DNA from: a virus | IMG/VR virus record: IMGVR_UViG_3300045988_065177 | Coordinates: 20,466-84,465 of that record | DNA: 64,000 nucleotides | Reading direction: 5' to 3' (one strand) | The notes under the pieces: generated by a model | Told to the model about the DNA's origin: nothing | Databases searched by the model: none | The model's input: the letters and a program-made list of their open reading frames with translations, nothing else | Translations under genes and position numbers: made by a program | Part shown: positions 12,395 to 22,620 of the stretch, piece after piece | How the letters are laid out: the number at the start of each line of letters is the position of its first letter | Numbering within the stretch: the first letter of the stretch is position 1

Positions 12395-13423
12395 TTAAAG
12401 TTTTATTCTACCAGTACCTCCAAATAACATTGTTCCACGAGGTTTACCCTGAACTTCACAAAGCTCTTGTCCCTGCACTACAGCAGTATCTAGTCCAGGC
12501 CAGGACCCTGCTTCATCATATATTAATAAGTCAACACGGTCTCCACGAATATTAGATGCCTTAGCTCCATTTATTCCAACTACTTCTGATTTAAATCCAA
12601 CATCCTCAAACTGTCCGTTTACCTTAATCTGTTTACCGGACTTCTTTCTTAAGTCTTGGTCAATCAAGCGTAGTTTGAAGAATCCTCCTCCTGTACAAGT
12701 ATTCAAGAATGTTAAAGCATTATCAAACTTACTAAAAGTACCTTTAAGGAAGGTATCATTAAAACAGGTAATCATTACTCTGCTTCTTCTGATTACTGAA
12801 TACATTCTTGCAGATAAGGACGCATTTATTTCGGAGAATCCAATAGAACGAGCTTTCATAAGAGCTGCGTGTTTATGCAGAACTCTAGCCATCTACAGAT
12901 AATGAAAGAACATATAATGAGATGCGAAAAATATAGGAAAGTCACTACTTGTTCCTTCTCCGGATGCTTTGTTATCATCAATAATAGGAAGCTAGTAGAA
13001 GTTTAGGAAGAAATAGTTATCTCCAGTAATTGTATAACCATTAACAGTCATTCCATATTTACATCTTCTATACTATTCCTTCCAAAACTCATTATATCTC
13101 TTACTATCTTTTAGATATGGACAATACTTTCCAGTTTTTCTATACACTTCTCTGGTCTCAGTAAACCAATCTGGGTCGAAGTCAAGACCATGTGTTTCAT
13201 CTATTGGTCTATATCCAGTTATTTCATAAGATAAAGTAGGGTCAAATACCTCTATCTTATCTCCTCTTTTTACATCCCAATAATCAGCATTTTTGCCTCT
13301 TTCCTCTCTTATCTTCTATACTAGTTCTCTAGCTTCTTTGGCATCCTCTTTTTGTTCTTTCTCTCTTACCTAATCTACTATATTCTAGATTTCTTCAGGT
13401 AATATTTTTTTCTTTCTAGGCAT
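12395..13423 (-). CDS. terL: Terminase large subunit, N-terminal ATPase segment (TAG-recoded), ending at TAA 12395-12397
   Basis: Listed ORF 12395..12892 (..DLLIYDEAGSWPG.., Walker-B-like) continues upstream through TAG at 12893-12895 and further in-frame TAGs to an ATG near 13421-13423. The hand-translated upstream part is ...YRRCKYGMTVNGYTITGDNYFFLNFYQLPIIDDNKASGEG... Confidence 0.4.
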
Positions 13424-14805
13424 AATTAAAAGTCTCCTGGGTCAAAGCCGTCTGTAGCTCCACCTCTTACAGTAGATTGTTCTGTAAGCTCTTTCTTAAC
13501 CTGCTCTTCTAGTGTTACTAATTCTTCATGAACTTTATGAAGAGTAGCCATTTCTTTCATTACCTTTTCAGCTTGAAAGACGGGTTTGCCATTATTATCA
13601 CGTTCATTTAAATCTACTATAGTATCAAAATAATCAATAAACTAGTCAGCTGCTCTTTTAGCTGCTTCTAGAAGTTTTATTGATTTGTTAGAATCCTACA
13701 ATGCTCGGTATTTTCTACAGGCTTCCCTGAATAACGGGTCATTAAATTCGGATTCAGATAGTCCAGAGTCACTAATAGCTTCATCATGTCTTTCATGTTC
13801 TGAATATTGGCTATAGGGACTCTTCCAATCAATAGCTAGATAAATGTAAGATAATTCTCTAGTTACTCGTTCCTTGTCAACAGATTTATCTCTCTGTATC
13901 AAAGCCTTAAACTCTTTAACTAGAAGAAGCTCTGGTTCATTTATCTCTAACTATTTAGTTAAAGTGTTATAATTAAATACATTCATACTCATCAATCATT
14001 AACATTAACATCTTTAATCTTTTTATTTCATTTTAGAACCGCATTTACTTACTTTCATTTTAGAACCACAAGCATCCTTCTTAGCATACTTTGTTCTATC
14101 TGGAACCCATTTTCCATTTTTGAAATTTCCCTTGTGTCCCCTATTTGCCATGACCTCCTAGTCATTATATTTATTAATGGACACAGAATCCCTAGATGCT
14201 TCATCCTTTGCAGATTTCATATCCTTTTTATACTAAGCTCTTCCAGCTTTGAACTTGTCAACTTCATTAGCTTTCTTAGTAACCTTAGTTCCTTTCTATG
14301 CTTTTTGGCAAGCTTTGCAGATTCTTCCTCCCTGTTTAAAATAAACAAGTTCCTCTCCTTCTGGGCATACTCCTTTTAATTTTTTATAGTATTCTAGTTT
14401 AGCTCCAAGTCTAGCCATAACTCCGCCTTGCATCTTCTACATAAATTCTTGATACTTGGCTTTAATTCCATCTTCTCCAAGCTATTCAGCGTAAGCCTAT
14501 AAATCTTGCTCTGATTGTAATTGTATTCCTTGTGCTTGGGCATCTTGTATCAAGTATGCCATGAATGCCTTCTGTAATTCTTCCTAATTAGCCATTACTC
14601 TTCTACTTTAATTAAATCCTTTGTATTAAATACTGCTTCCTGCATTAATCCAGAATCAGTAAACCATCTACATCTTAGTCCTCGTAATCCTTGGTTATCT
14701 TTAAATAAAGCTGCTTCTCTTCTTAGAACAAGCATAACTGGAGAGTGCATTACTTTACACTACCGTAAAGTAACACAATCCCCAGGCTTAAAATAAACTT
14801 TTTCA

Positions 14806-15423
14806 TCAATTGTTTCCATGCTTCAATTCGTCTCTTCTTTCAGTTAGTTTCTCATTAACTACAGCCATGATTCTATTCTCATTAACTACTACAAATCCTA
14901 GTTTATAGAATGGAACCATACATTCACTAGCTATTGTATAAAATACAATATCTCCAGGCTTCAAGAACTCACACTTGTGTCCTACTTCTATCACAGTTCC
15001 TACTTTAATAAATTGTTGTTCTTCTTCAATTTCTCCAGTCTCATTAGATTTATAAGTAGGAGTAAATCCACCTAAATCAGTAATAAGACCGCTTTTAGTA
15101 GTTTTTATTTTTTGGAATGGGTTTTGTTCAAAAGGTTTAATTAATGCATACCCATACATCGGCATAATTTCAAGTCCATTCATATTGTTAGATAATGACT
15201 TAGCGTAATCCTCTAGTGCCTGATTATGTTTAGAGAATTTATCTTCTAACTCATCTACTGCGGTATTAAACTTCTCTTGTTTTTCTCTTAATAATGTTCG
15301 GTCTGCAGCCTCTCCATTTAAAATAAAATGTTCTCCCGTACCTTCCATTCCAGTTAATGATAGTGCTAGTTTTTCGTTACTGTTTAATTCTGTTCTTAAA
15401 GTTTCCATAATCCATTTTACCAT
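14806..15423 (-). CDS. Hypothetical protein; C-terminal region with possible GroES-like fold
   Basis: Intact standard-code ORF. C-terminal ...GLITDLGG...IKVGTVIEVGHK..LKPGDIVFY.. is weakly reminiscent of a co-chaperonin beta-barrel. Confidence 0.3.
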   Translation of the reverse strand: MVKWIMETLRTELNSNEKLALSLTGMEGTGEHFILNGEAADRTLLREKQEKFNTAVDELEDKFSKHNQALEDYAKSLSNNMNGLEIMPMYGYALIKPFEQNPFQKIKTTKSGLITDLGGFTPTYKSNETGEIEEEQQFIKVGTVIEVGHKCEFLKPGDIVFYTIASECMVPFYKLGFVVVNENRIMAVVNEKLTERRDELKHGNN

Positions 15424-15803
15424 TTACATAAATCACAATGTTCATCTTCAATTCTTGTTTTATTCTCTAATATACAACCACATTCATCGCACACTTCCCC
15501 AACAGATGTTTGTAATTTATGGGAACAAGCGTCACAAATTTTTAATCTTTTGGTTGCCAAATCTTGGTTTATTCCGAATATATTGAAATATATACTTTTC
15601 AATATTGTTAAAGGTTTAGTAAATATTGCTTTAATCCATTTCCATATCATATCTTCCTCCTTTGTTTCCCTATTTATATTTTGGACAGTAAGTATATAAT
15701 GCTTATCTGGTTTATATAATATAGGAGTTCCATAGATTACCATTTCCCTGCTGGACAATGTTTCTTTTCGTTTGGAATCTTCTTCTCTAGTAAACATCCA
15801 CAT
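15417..15803 (-). CDS. Cys-rich zinc-ribbon protein
   Basis: C-terminal CDACSH...CDECGC...HCDLCKW. It partially overlaps the next ORF, which ends with a similar C-rich ...HCPAGKW motif. Confidence 0.35.
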   Translation of the reverse strand: MWMFTREEDSKRKETLSSREMVIYGTPILYKPDKHYILTVQNINRETKEEDMIWKWIKAIFTKPLTILKSIYFNIFGINQDLATKRLKICDACSHKLQTSVGEVCDECGCILENKTRIEDEHCDLCKW

Positions 15804-15952
15804 CCCTTTATATACCCTTCTTTAGGGCTTATACTTATATCATTATTCTTTGGATTTAGATACAAATGCCCATTACATAATCCATTATCTTGGTCACATA
15901 TTGGGCAGCGTCTACATATCTCAAATCTTTCTTCTATTTCCTCTAGTGTCAT
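15737..15952 (-). CDS. Cys-rich zinc-ribbon protein
   Basis: CRRCPICDQDNGLCNGH...CGCLLEKK...HCPAGKW. Confidence 0.35.
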   Translation of the reverse strand: MTLEEIEERFEICRRCPICDQDNGLCNGHLYLNPKNNDISISPKEGYIKGCGCLLEKKIPNEKKHCPAGKW

Positions 15953-15954
15953 AA

Positions 15955-16869
15955 TTAATATTCAATACGTTGACGTTTTCTTTTATTTTCTGCCAATATA
16001 GATTCCTTCTTGTAGAAGGCTAGCATTTTTATAACCTCATCTTTTAGGTATGGCAAATGATATACTGTCATATTGTCATTATGATCGAAATGTACCAAAA
16101 CCAAATCCTCTATTTCAAACTCTGGATTTTTCTTTTGAATCATCCAAGCATAAGTACTTAATTGTAAAGTATAGTGCCAGTAATTAACATCATCTAAATT
16201 ATTTAGAGGATATTTCATCTTAACAGAAGTTTTGGTTTTAGAATTGAAGAAACTCTTAGTTTCTATTTTCTTATTGGTCTTCCAGTCTCCTATAATTATC
16301 TTATTTCCCCTTTTAACTAATAAGTCAATCTGTCCTGCTATTCTGAGCTTTCCATCATCCGATACTCTAGATATTAAATACTCAGGATATACACCATTCT
16401 CTAAGTCTAATTCATTGTGGTCTTTTATACACTCGAACTTGCCACCTATTTGATATTTACTAAGGTCTATGTTCTGTTTCTTTTTATAGAAAGAGTTTTC
16501 CAAATCTGCATGGATTTTAGTTCCCCTCTCGCATGAGTTTCTATTCTCTAAATCCCAAGCATCTAAGATAGCTTGTTGCTCTTTATTAAACTCGTCTTCT
16601 GTAATGTTATGAAGTTCAAGTAGAACTTTATCAAATTTCTTAGTGTTCAACAAAGACTTTTTTTCTATAGCCCAATCTTCTTTAGGTAAGAGTTTCTCTA
16701 GTGCTTTATATGCTGACCAGAACTCCTTATCAAATGGTTGGGTGAAAGAATGAATTAAAGTCGTTACAGATATAAACTTCTGTTCTGGCTTTGTAACATC
16801 ATAATAAATATGAGCTTCTTCCTCAAAAGCTATGTTCCCATTTTGTTTTGTAATTTTACTTTTGTCCAT
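15955..16869 (-). CDS. PD-(D/E)XK family nuclease (recombination exonuclease / Cas4-like fold)
   Basis: Motifs GTKIHADLE, QIDLL and IIGDWKT are consistent with D...(D/E)xK catalytic core spacing. The ORF is intact in standard code. Confidence 0.5.
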   Translation of the reverse strand: MDKSKITKQNGNIAFEEEAHIYYDVTKPEQKFISVTTLIHSFTQPFDKEFWSAYKALEKLLPKEDWAIEKKSLLNTKKFDKVLLELHNITEDEFNKEQQAILDAWDLENRNSCERGTKIHADLENSFYKKKQNIDLSKYQIGGKFECIKDHNELDLENGVYPEYLISRVSDDGKLRIAGQIDLLVKRGNKIIIGDWKTNKKIETKSFFNSKTKTSVKMKYPLNNLDDVNYWHYTLQLSTYAWMIQKKNPEFEIEDLVLVHFDHNDNMTVYHLPYLKDEVIKMLAFYKKESILAENKRKRQRIEY

Positions 16870-17671
16870 TAGTCATAATTCATTTAATCATTTATCACAT
16901 TTATCTATATTTATTTGATACTTTTCAAGTATATTAATATTCTTTGTAAGATACAAATGAATAAATAATACATTATATTAAAAATGTCTAACAGTAAGAA
17001 AATTACAACATTTGGGTGTCCAATTTTCAAAAATGGGTCGGGCATTCACATTAAAGAGAAGAACAGAGGCAAATTTACAGCATCTGCCAAGGCAGCAGGA
17101 GAATCTGTACAAGAACACGCTAAGCATGTACTAAACAATCCTAACGCTACCCCTCTTTAGAAGAAGCGAGCTAATTTTGCTAGGAACAGTAAAAAGTGGA
17201 GGCATTAGGAAGGTGGGATAATGCAAGCTGCAGCAGGTTTAGTTCCTATATATGGAACTTATTTAGATTACAAATAGTTTAAAGACAATCCTTCTTGGGG
17301 AAATTTTGGTAACATGGCTTTAAGTGGGGTGGGGTTGGGGATGTCCTACAACTAACTGGTTTAGGTTATGGCTTAGGTACTGCGATTAAAGGGTTAAAGA
17401 CTGCAAACACAGTTAGGAAATCGGCAAAAGCTATATAGCCGCAAGAAATGCTACTCGATTGGCAAATTAGAAGAAAATGCTAGAAAGAGGAGAGGTCGGA
17501 AAAAGAGCCTTCTAGGGTTGGGTGCAATCTGGAAATAATTTAAGAAGATCTAACTAGAAACTAGATAAAGCAAATCAATAGAGAAATAGAGCTGCTAAGA
17601 TTTTTGGAATAAGCTTAATTGAGCCTTCAATAGAGGGTTTCTAGATATATAATAATTTTAAAAATTAATGT

Positions 17672-18322
17672 ATGCCTTTTAAATCAACTTTAGTAAACTG
17701 CAAATAGTGTGGAAGAGAATTACCCCTCAATAGAACTTATTTTCGTAGAATAGTTACTAACAAAAAGGAACATTATTCAGAAATATGCAAAGAATGTGAA
17801 AAGGAAAATAAGGTAAACTAGGAATGGAAAGATGGCAAACTTAGATGCCATATATGTGGATAGTATAAAGATGAAAATTGCTTTCCTATTAGTGGTCATT
17901 ATATATACAGAAATTATAGAGATAGCAGATGTACAAAATGTAAAGGAATACAAAATAAGAAAGCTAAAGATAGATACTCTGATGAGAAAAGATTACAATA
18001 CGTATTAAATAGTAGACTATTAGCTGCCAAGAATAGAGCTTCCTCAAAAGGTATTGAATTTCAACTCTCCCTTTAGGATTTAACTAAATTATGGGATAAG
18101 CAAGGTGGAAAATGTGCAATTTCAGGAATACCTATGACATATGAATTGAATTAGGGAAGGGTGTTTTCTAATGTGAGTATAGATTAGGTTGTTCCAGGAA
18201 AAGGCTATATTCCTGAAAATATCTAGCTTGTCTGCATGGCTGTTAATTAGATTAAATCTGATTTCGATATGTAGACAGTTTTGTATATATGTAAACAAAT
18301 TATTAATAATTATGATACATAA
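17672..18322 (+). CDS. His-Me finger (HNH_3-like) endonuclease with N-terminal zinc ribbon; about 9 in-frame TAG codons
   Basis: Hand translation from ATG 17672 gives ...CKECEKENKVN(TAG)EWKDGKLRCHICG(TAG)YK...LWDKQGGKCAISGIPMTYELN(TAG)GRVFSNVSID(TAG)VVPGKGYIPENI(TAG)LVCMAVN(TAG)IKSDFDM(TAG).. and ends at TAA near 18320. The pattern G.CAISG...S.D..P..GY...N..LVC...N..K is HNH-like. Confidence 0.45.
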
Positions 18323-19614
18323 GATAATATAGAATTTTAGAAAGAAAAGAAATGCTTCTAAATGGAAACACGAAGATGGAGCTAAGATACATAAACCAAG
18401 TGGACATAGATCTATTCTAGATAATGGATGGATTCCTACTACTAGATTAAAGAAAGGAAATTATGGATTAATTAAAACAAGAAAGCAATGAACGCTGTAG
18501 TTAAATTAATTAAAGAATTTATACTTAAGATATATCTTTATTTACTATTTATATTTAATAAGTAATATGGACTATAATAGAGCAACTCTTTATGCGGCTA
18601 CTGGTCGTACTTTATTACTCCCTGGCTGGAAAGGGTATTTTTATTGGGACTATACTAAGAATGAATTAAATTTTAGAAATGGAGACTATCATTTAGATAA
18701 CAAATAGCTCAAGGAGAAAGGAGTTATGGAACGTAATGATTGGTATTATATAATATGATAATTAAAAATAATATTATACCGTTTGGAGGTTATAAAGTAA
18801 TTAATCTGTTTGGATTAATATTTACTAAGTCGGATTTGACTGATGAGGATAAGAATCACGAGAATATCCATTCAGTATAGATTTTGGAATGTGCAATAGC
18901 GTTTGCAATACTTATATCTATATTATTTGGATTAGAATGGGTATGGTTAGCTATTCCATCTTTCTATATCTGGTATGGATTAGAGTATTTAATTATACGA
19001 CTATTAAGACTTAAAGATTCTCAAAATGATTGCTACAGAGATGTAAGCTTTGAAGAAGAAGCTTATATGAATGAAGACAATTTACAGTATCTAGAAGGAT
19101 AGAGAAAGATGTTTTCATGGATAAAATATCTAAAAGTTAACGCATAACAAAATAGGCGAGCCTAGACTTAATTGTCTAAGTTCGCCTATTTTTATTTACT
19201 ATTATACGTACAAGTGATTCTGTTTGGCTCTTCCCACCAAGGTTTATCTGAAAGTGGAGTTCTGATGCTATTGGGCCAATTTATAATTGGAGTAGTTTCC
19301 TCTACTATAGCCTCCATTATTTTAAATAATGTATCCAAGTCTAGCTCTGGAAGCAGCTCATGAATATTAGTTATTGTTTTCTTATAATTTATCATATCCT
19401 TTAAAAGTGTTGTTAATAATTACTTTCTCTATCGTAGTATCTACTGACATATTAGTACGATACACTTAGCTTATTTAAGTTGTCTAGATAATCTAAGAAC
19501 CATTGTTCGTTTTGTTTTCCTTCTTCTACAATAGTATTAATTAAAGATTCTGTAGCTAATAGTGTTATTTCTGCTAGTTCCTCTAATTCCGATTTAGTAA
19601 GTTCGTTATATTTT

Positions 19615-19929
19615 TCAATCAAGTTTAACATAATCCATCCAGTCTTTTATATATGATTTACATTCTTCCAAATCTGGATAGATACTTGCTATAGTGCAAC
19701 CTGTTTTTGGATTCTTAAAATGATGGAGTTTTGCTTCCTCATTTTTCTCCTCTTCTATATTTCTATTTAATGTTCTATTCCAGTAGTTGTATTTCTCATC
19801 TAGCATTTCCTTATCACACTCCTCCAATATTTTCATATTGGGATTACCCATTATTTTGTCATACTTTCTTTTTAAATTAGAAACTTTGACAACATCATTA
19901 CCATTCAATACGACTGCACACTGTTTCAT
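19615..19929 (-). CDS. Hypothetical protein
   Basis: Intact ORF, 104 aa, no TAG. Confidence 0.4.
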   Translation of the reverse strand: MKQCAVVLNGNDVVKVSNLKRKYDKIMGNPNMKILEECDKEMLDEKYNYWNRTLNRNIEEEKNEEAKLHHFKNPKTGCTIASIYPDLEECKSYIKDWMDYVKLD

Positions 19930-20153
19930 TTCACTACTTTATAAGTACATATCTTACCTATCTGCTTTCCTTGAATACTTACTTGTGGAAGAAAGTAGCA
20001 GGCTTGATTCTCAAATTCTTGAGGTACAAATATGTAATCAAATCTACATCCAACTACCTTATCGCAAACTTTATTCCAATCATCTCCCTCTTCAATAATA
20101 AGGGTCTTAGCTCCTGTTGGAGTTACAGCATAATTCTCATTTAAATTTATCAT
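19926..20153 (-). CDS. Hypothetical small protein (start trimmed to ATG at 20151-20153)
   Basis: The listed ORF 19926..20228 has an N-terminus that is just translation of the suppressor tRNA gene. The first ATG downstream of the tRNA gives MINLNENYAVTPTGAKTLIIEEGDDW... Confidence 0.35.
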   Translation of the reverse strand: MINLNENYAVTPTGAKTLIIEEGDDWNKVCDKVVGCRFDYIFVPQEFENQACYFLPQVSIQGKQIGKICTYKVVK

Positions 20154-20170
20154 AACTATTAATTTTGGCG

Positions 20171-20242
20171 TTGCCCTACTAGGATTCGAACCTAGACTAA
20201 ATGATTTAGAGTCATCTGTGCTGACCATTACACCATAGGGCA
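20171..20242 (-). tRNA. Amber suppressor tRNA, anticodon CUA (reads UAG), derived from tRNA-Gln
   Basis: Minus-strand sequence TGCCCTA-TG-GTGT-AATGGTCA-GCAC-A-GATGA-CTCTAAA-TCATT-TAGT-CTAGG-TTCGAAT-CCTAG-TAGGGCA-A folds as a canonical cloverleaf with anticodon loop CTCTAAA (34-36 = CUA). Its D-arm, T-arm and 4-nt variable loop are nearly identical to tRNA-Gln(UUG) at 33541-33612. Confidence 0.75.
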
Positions 20243-20389
20243 GTATTTATTTCTCTTTTAGAGATTTATTCTCTGCTGCCAATTTCTCTAGTTCTTTCCT
20301 TAGCTGTTCGTTTTCGTGAAATAAAGCCTGCATAGTTGCATTTACATTAGCAAGAAGTATTCTTATTTGAGCTATTTGTTCATACATAT

Positions 20390-20796
20390 GCTTTCAGTTG
20401 TTCTATTTTCATAGTTACTACATTAGATAATGCCATTCTGAATTTAGTAATTCCAGCTCTTACTGATTCCAATTTTCCACTTTCCAAACATTCTTGAATT
20501 TTATTCAGTTCGGACTCCCCTAGATATTCGCAGACATCTATAAATAAATCATCATCTAAAGATTCTAAGTATTTCTGGAATTTGCCTACTTCTTCATTAG
20601 CTAGACAGCTTTCCTCTTTCTATCTTTCATAAGATATTAATAAGAATAAAGAATCATCTGTAGATTCCGCTTTAATGGTTAGGCCATTACTTGATAGATA
20701 ATACTACTAGTTCTTATTAATTGCATCGACGAGATTCTTAAACTCGTCCTAATTTAGTAATGTTTCTAAGTCTGTAATCATAATTGTTTCTTTTTT
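20390..20796 (-). CDS. Hypothetical protein, TAG-recoded (about 4 in-frame TAG); boundaries approximate
   Basis: ATG at 20794-20796. Hand translation gives MITDLETLLN(TAG)DEFKNLVDAINKN(TAG)(TAG)YY... and stays open when TAG is read as sense. Confidence 0.25.
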
Positions 20797-21096
20797 AGTT
20801 ATATACAACAATACCTTCTGAAAAGTTAAATACAAAGTTAAAAAATTCTAATTCTAATATTATACATATTTCATTTAGTTATCAGTAAATGGGTACAGGT
20901 ACTTTATATAAATAGCCCCTGGGGGTTTAATAAATTCGGAATTTATACAGGTGAAAGTTACCTAGATTCCGAAAATTATATGAGAGACTGTTATGGCGGT
21001 CCACAACCCCCTTAGTCCCCCCCTGTATATTGATATAAAACTAAAACAAAAACAAAAGTAACTCACAGTATTAACAAATTAAAAATTTTTAGTATT

Positions 21097-21543
21097 ATGA
21101 CACTCGAAGAATTAAAAAACAGTAATCTCAGCGTAGAAGAACGTGCTAAATCAGTGGTAAACTCATTAGGTTTGGAAGGTAATGAACGTTCAGTTGTTGT
21201 CGGCTTGAAGAAGGGCGATAAGTTCCAGATTGTTGCTATGAACAAAATGGAATTGACAAACAACACACAAAGAGAAGGACAAGCAAGGTTTGTGCCTATC
21301 ACTTTCACAACTGACGGTGGTGCATCAATCGGAGCTAAACATTTCGCTGGCGTGACTATCGACGACGAAGCTCCTGCTATTGGTTCTACTCCTTTGGAAA
21401 ATGCAAATTTCCTTGTTTGGTGCATAGACCACAAAGTAACATTTGTGGTTAAAAGCATCACCTCTGAGGACATCGAAGCACACGGAGGAGTTCCGGCTTA
21501 TACCAAGAGAACTTACAAACTTGAGGTTGAGGATTACGAGTAA
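21097..21543 (+). CDS. Hypothetical protein; first standard-code gene after the strand switch
   Basis: Intact 148-aa ORF with a higher-GC codon bias, TAA stop, and an AT-rich promoter-like region upstream. The antisense ORFs 21063..21473 and 21325..21579 are rejected. Confidence 0.5.
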   Translation: MTLEELKNSNLSVEERAKSVVNSLGLEGNERSVVVGLKKGDKFQIVAMNKMELTNNTQREGQARFVPITFTTDGGASIGAKHFAGVTIDDEAPAIGSTPLENANFLVWCIDHKVTFVVKSITSEDIEAHGGVPAYTKRTYKLEVEDYE

Positions 21544-22620
21544 AAGATTGGGGAGAAATCCCCTTTCTTTTATATACAAATAGTCTTTGTAGTTATGGAC
21601 ACAAGAAAAAAGTTCAGAACGAAAAAGTGTTTGTATAGCTGGGGAGCAATCTATGACCCAAAGACTGGAGAAAAGTTAAATCTCAAAGCGGACAGAGTTT
21701 ATTGTAAAACTTCAGAAGCGTGGATTATGACTTATCAAAAGTCAGAAGAAGACATCCCAAAAGTAATAAGAATTGTCTTTGTAGATTAACATGACTCTCT
21801 CGTGTATAAATAAGTGAGAGTGGCAGAATCTAATTGCGGCACAACGAGATTTAAAATGATGTGCAGCTCTAAGGTATTATGAGTTAAAATAAAATGCCCA
21901 TATGAACTCCATCATTGGAACATTGGTCAACGGAGAAATCAACAACAAAACAAAAAAATCAAAAACCGAGTTAACTTTTGTAGTAGTTTTAGTTTTATGT
22001 CTGGCTGATAGGAAAGACTATCATTTCTAGTAAAATCGTGTATGTTTCGCGTGAAAATATGGAGAGTAAGGAGAATAATTGCCCACTACGTCGGCAGCCA
22101 ATTTTCCTACTTTTTCCAGTTTTCAAAAAATCGCCAGTAGGACGAGTTTTATAACTCATACTACAATGATTATTTACTCTAACATTAGCCTATAAAAAGG
22201 CAACAAAAAGCGGGGTTACGCAGATAGCCCAATATCCGAAAATAACTGCTATTAATGAAAATGAGAGTTCGCAAACTTATCTCATGAGTAAGGAGGATTG
22301 AGCTATAAGATTGGTCACTTATAGCAATATATGAAAGTACTGCTGACATACCAGTAGACCATGCATGTCATATTTTTATATGTTATGCAATTGTATTAGA
22401 AGTTGCCTGGTATAAGCCGCTAGATTAATAAGGCTAGCTGATAAGAGGATACCTCATAAGGGTATATTTCCTACCTCGAACTCAGTCGCAAGAATATGGA
22501 TTAGCTACCTATATTCTTAGTGAACGTTAGTAACGTAGCTATTTGATTTTCAGTATAGGAAACTGAGAATTAAGTAGTTGAATAACTCTCTATCTTATAC
22601 TAGTTGCCAAGATAGAGTTT

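Noticed and set aside
19926-20228. N-terminal 25 aa of ORF 19926..20228
   Set aside because: They are a translation of the suppressor tRNA gene (20171-20242). The real start is more likely the ATG at 20151-20153.
21063-21579. Minus-strand ORFs 21063..21473 and 21325..21579
   Set aside because: They are antisense to the well-formed plus-strand gene 21097..21543 and have low-complexity translations. They are spurious.
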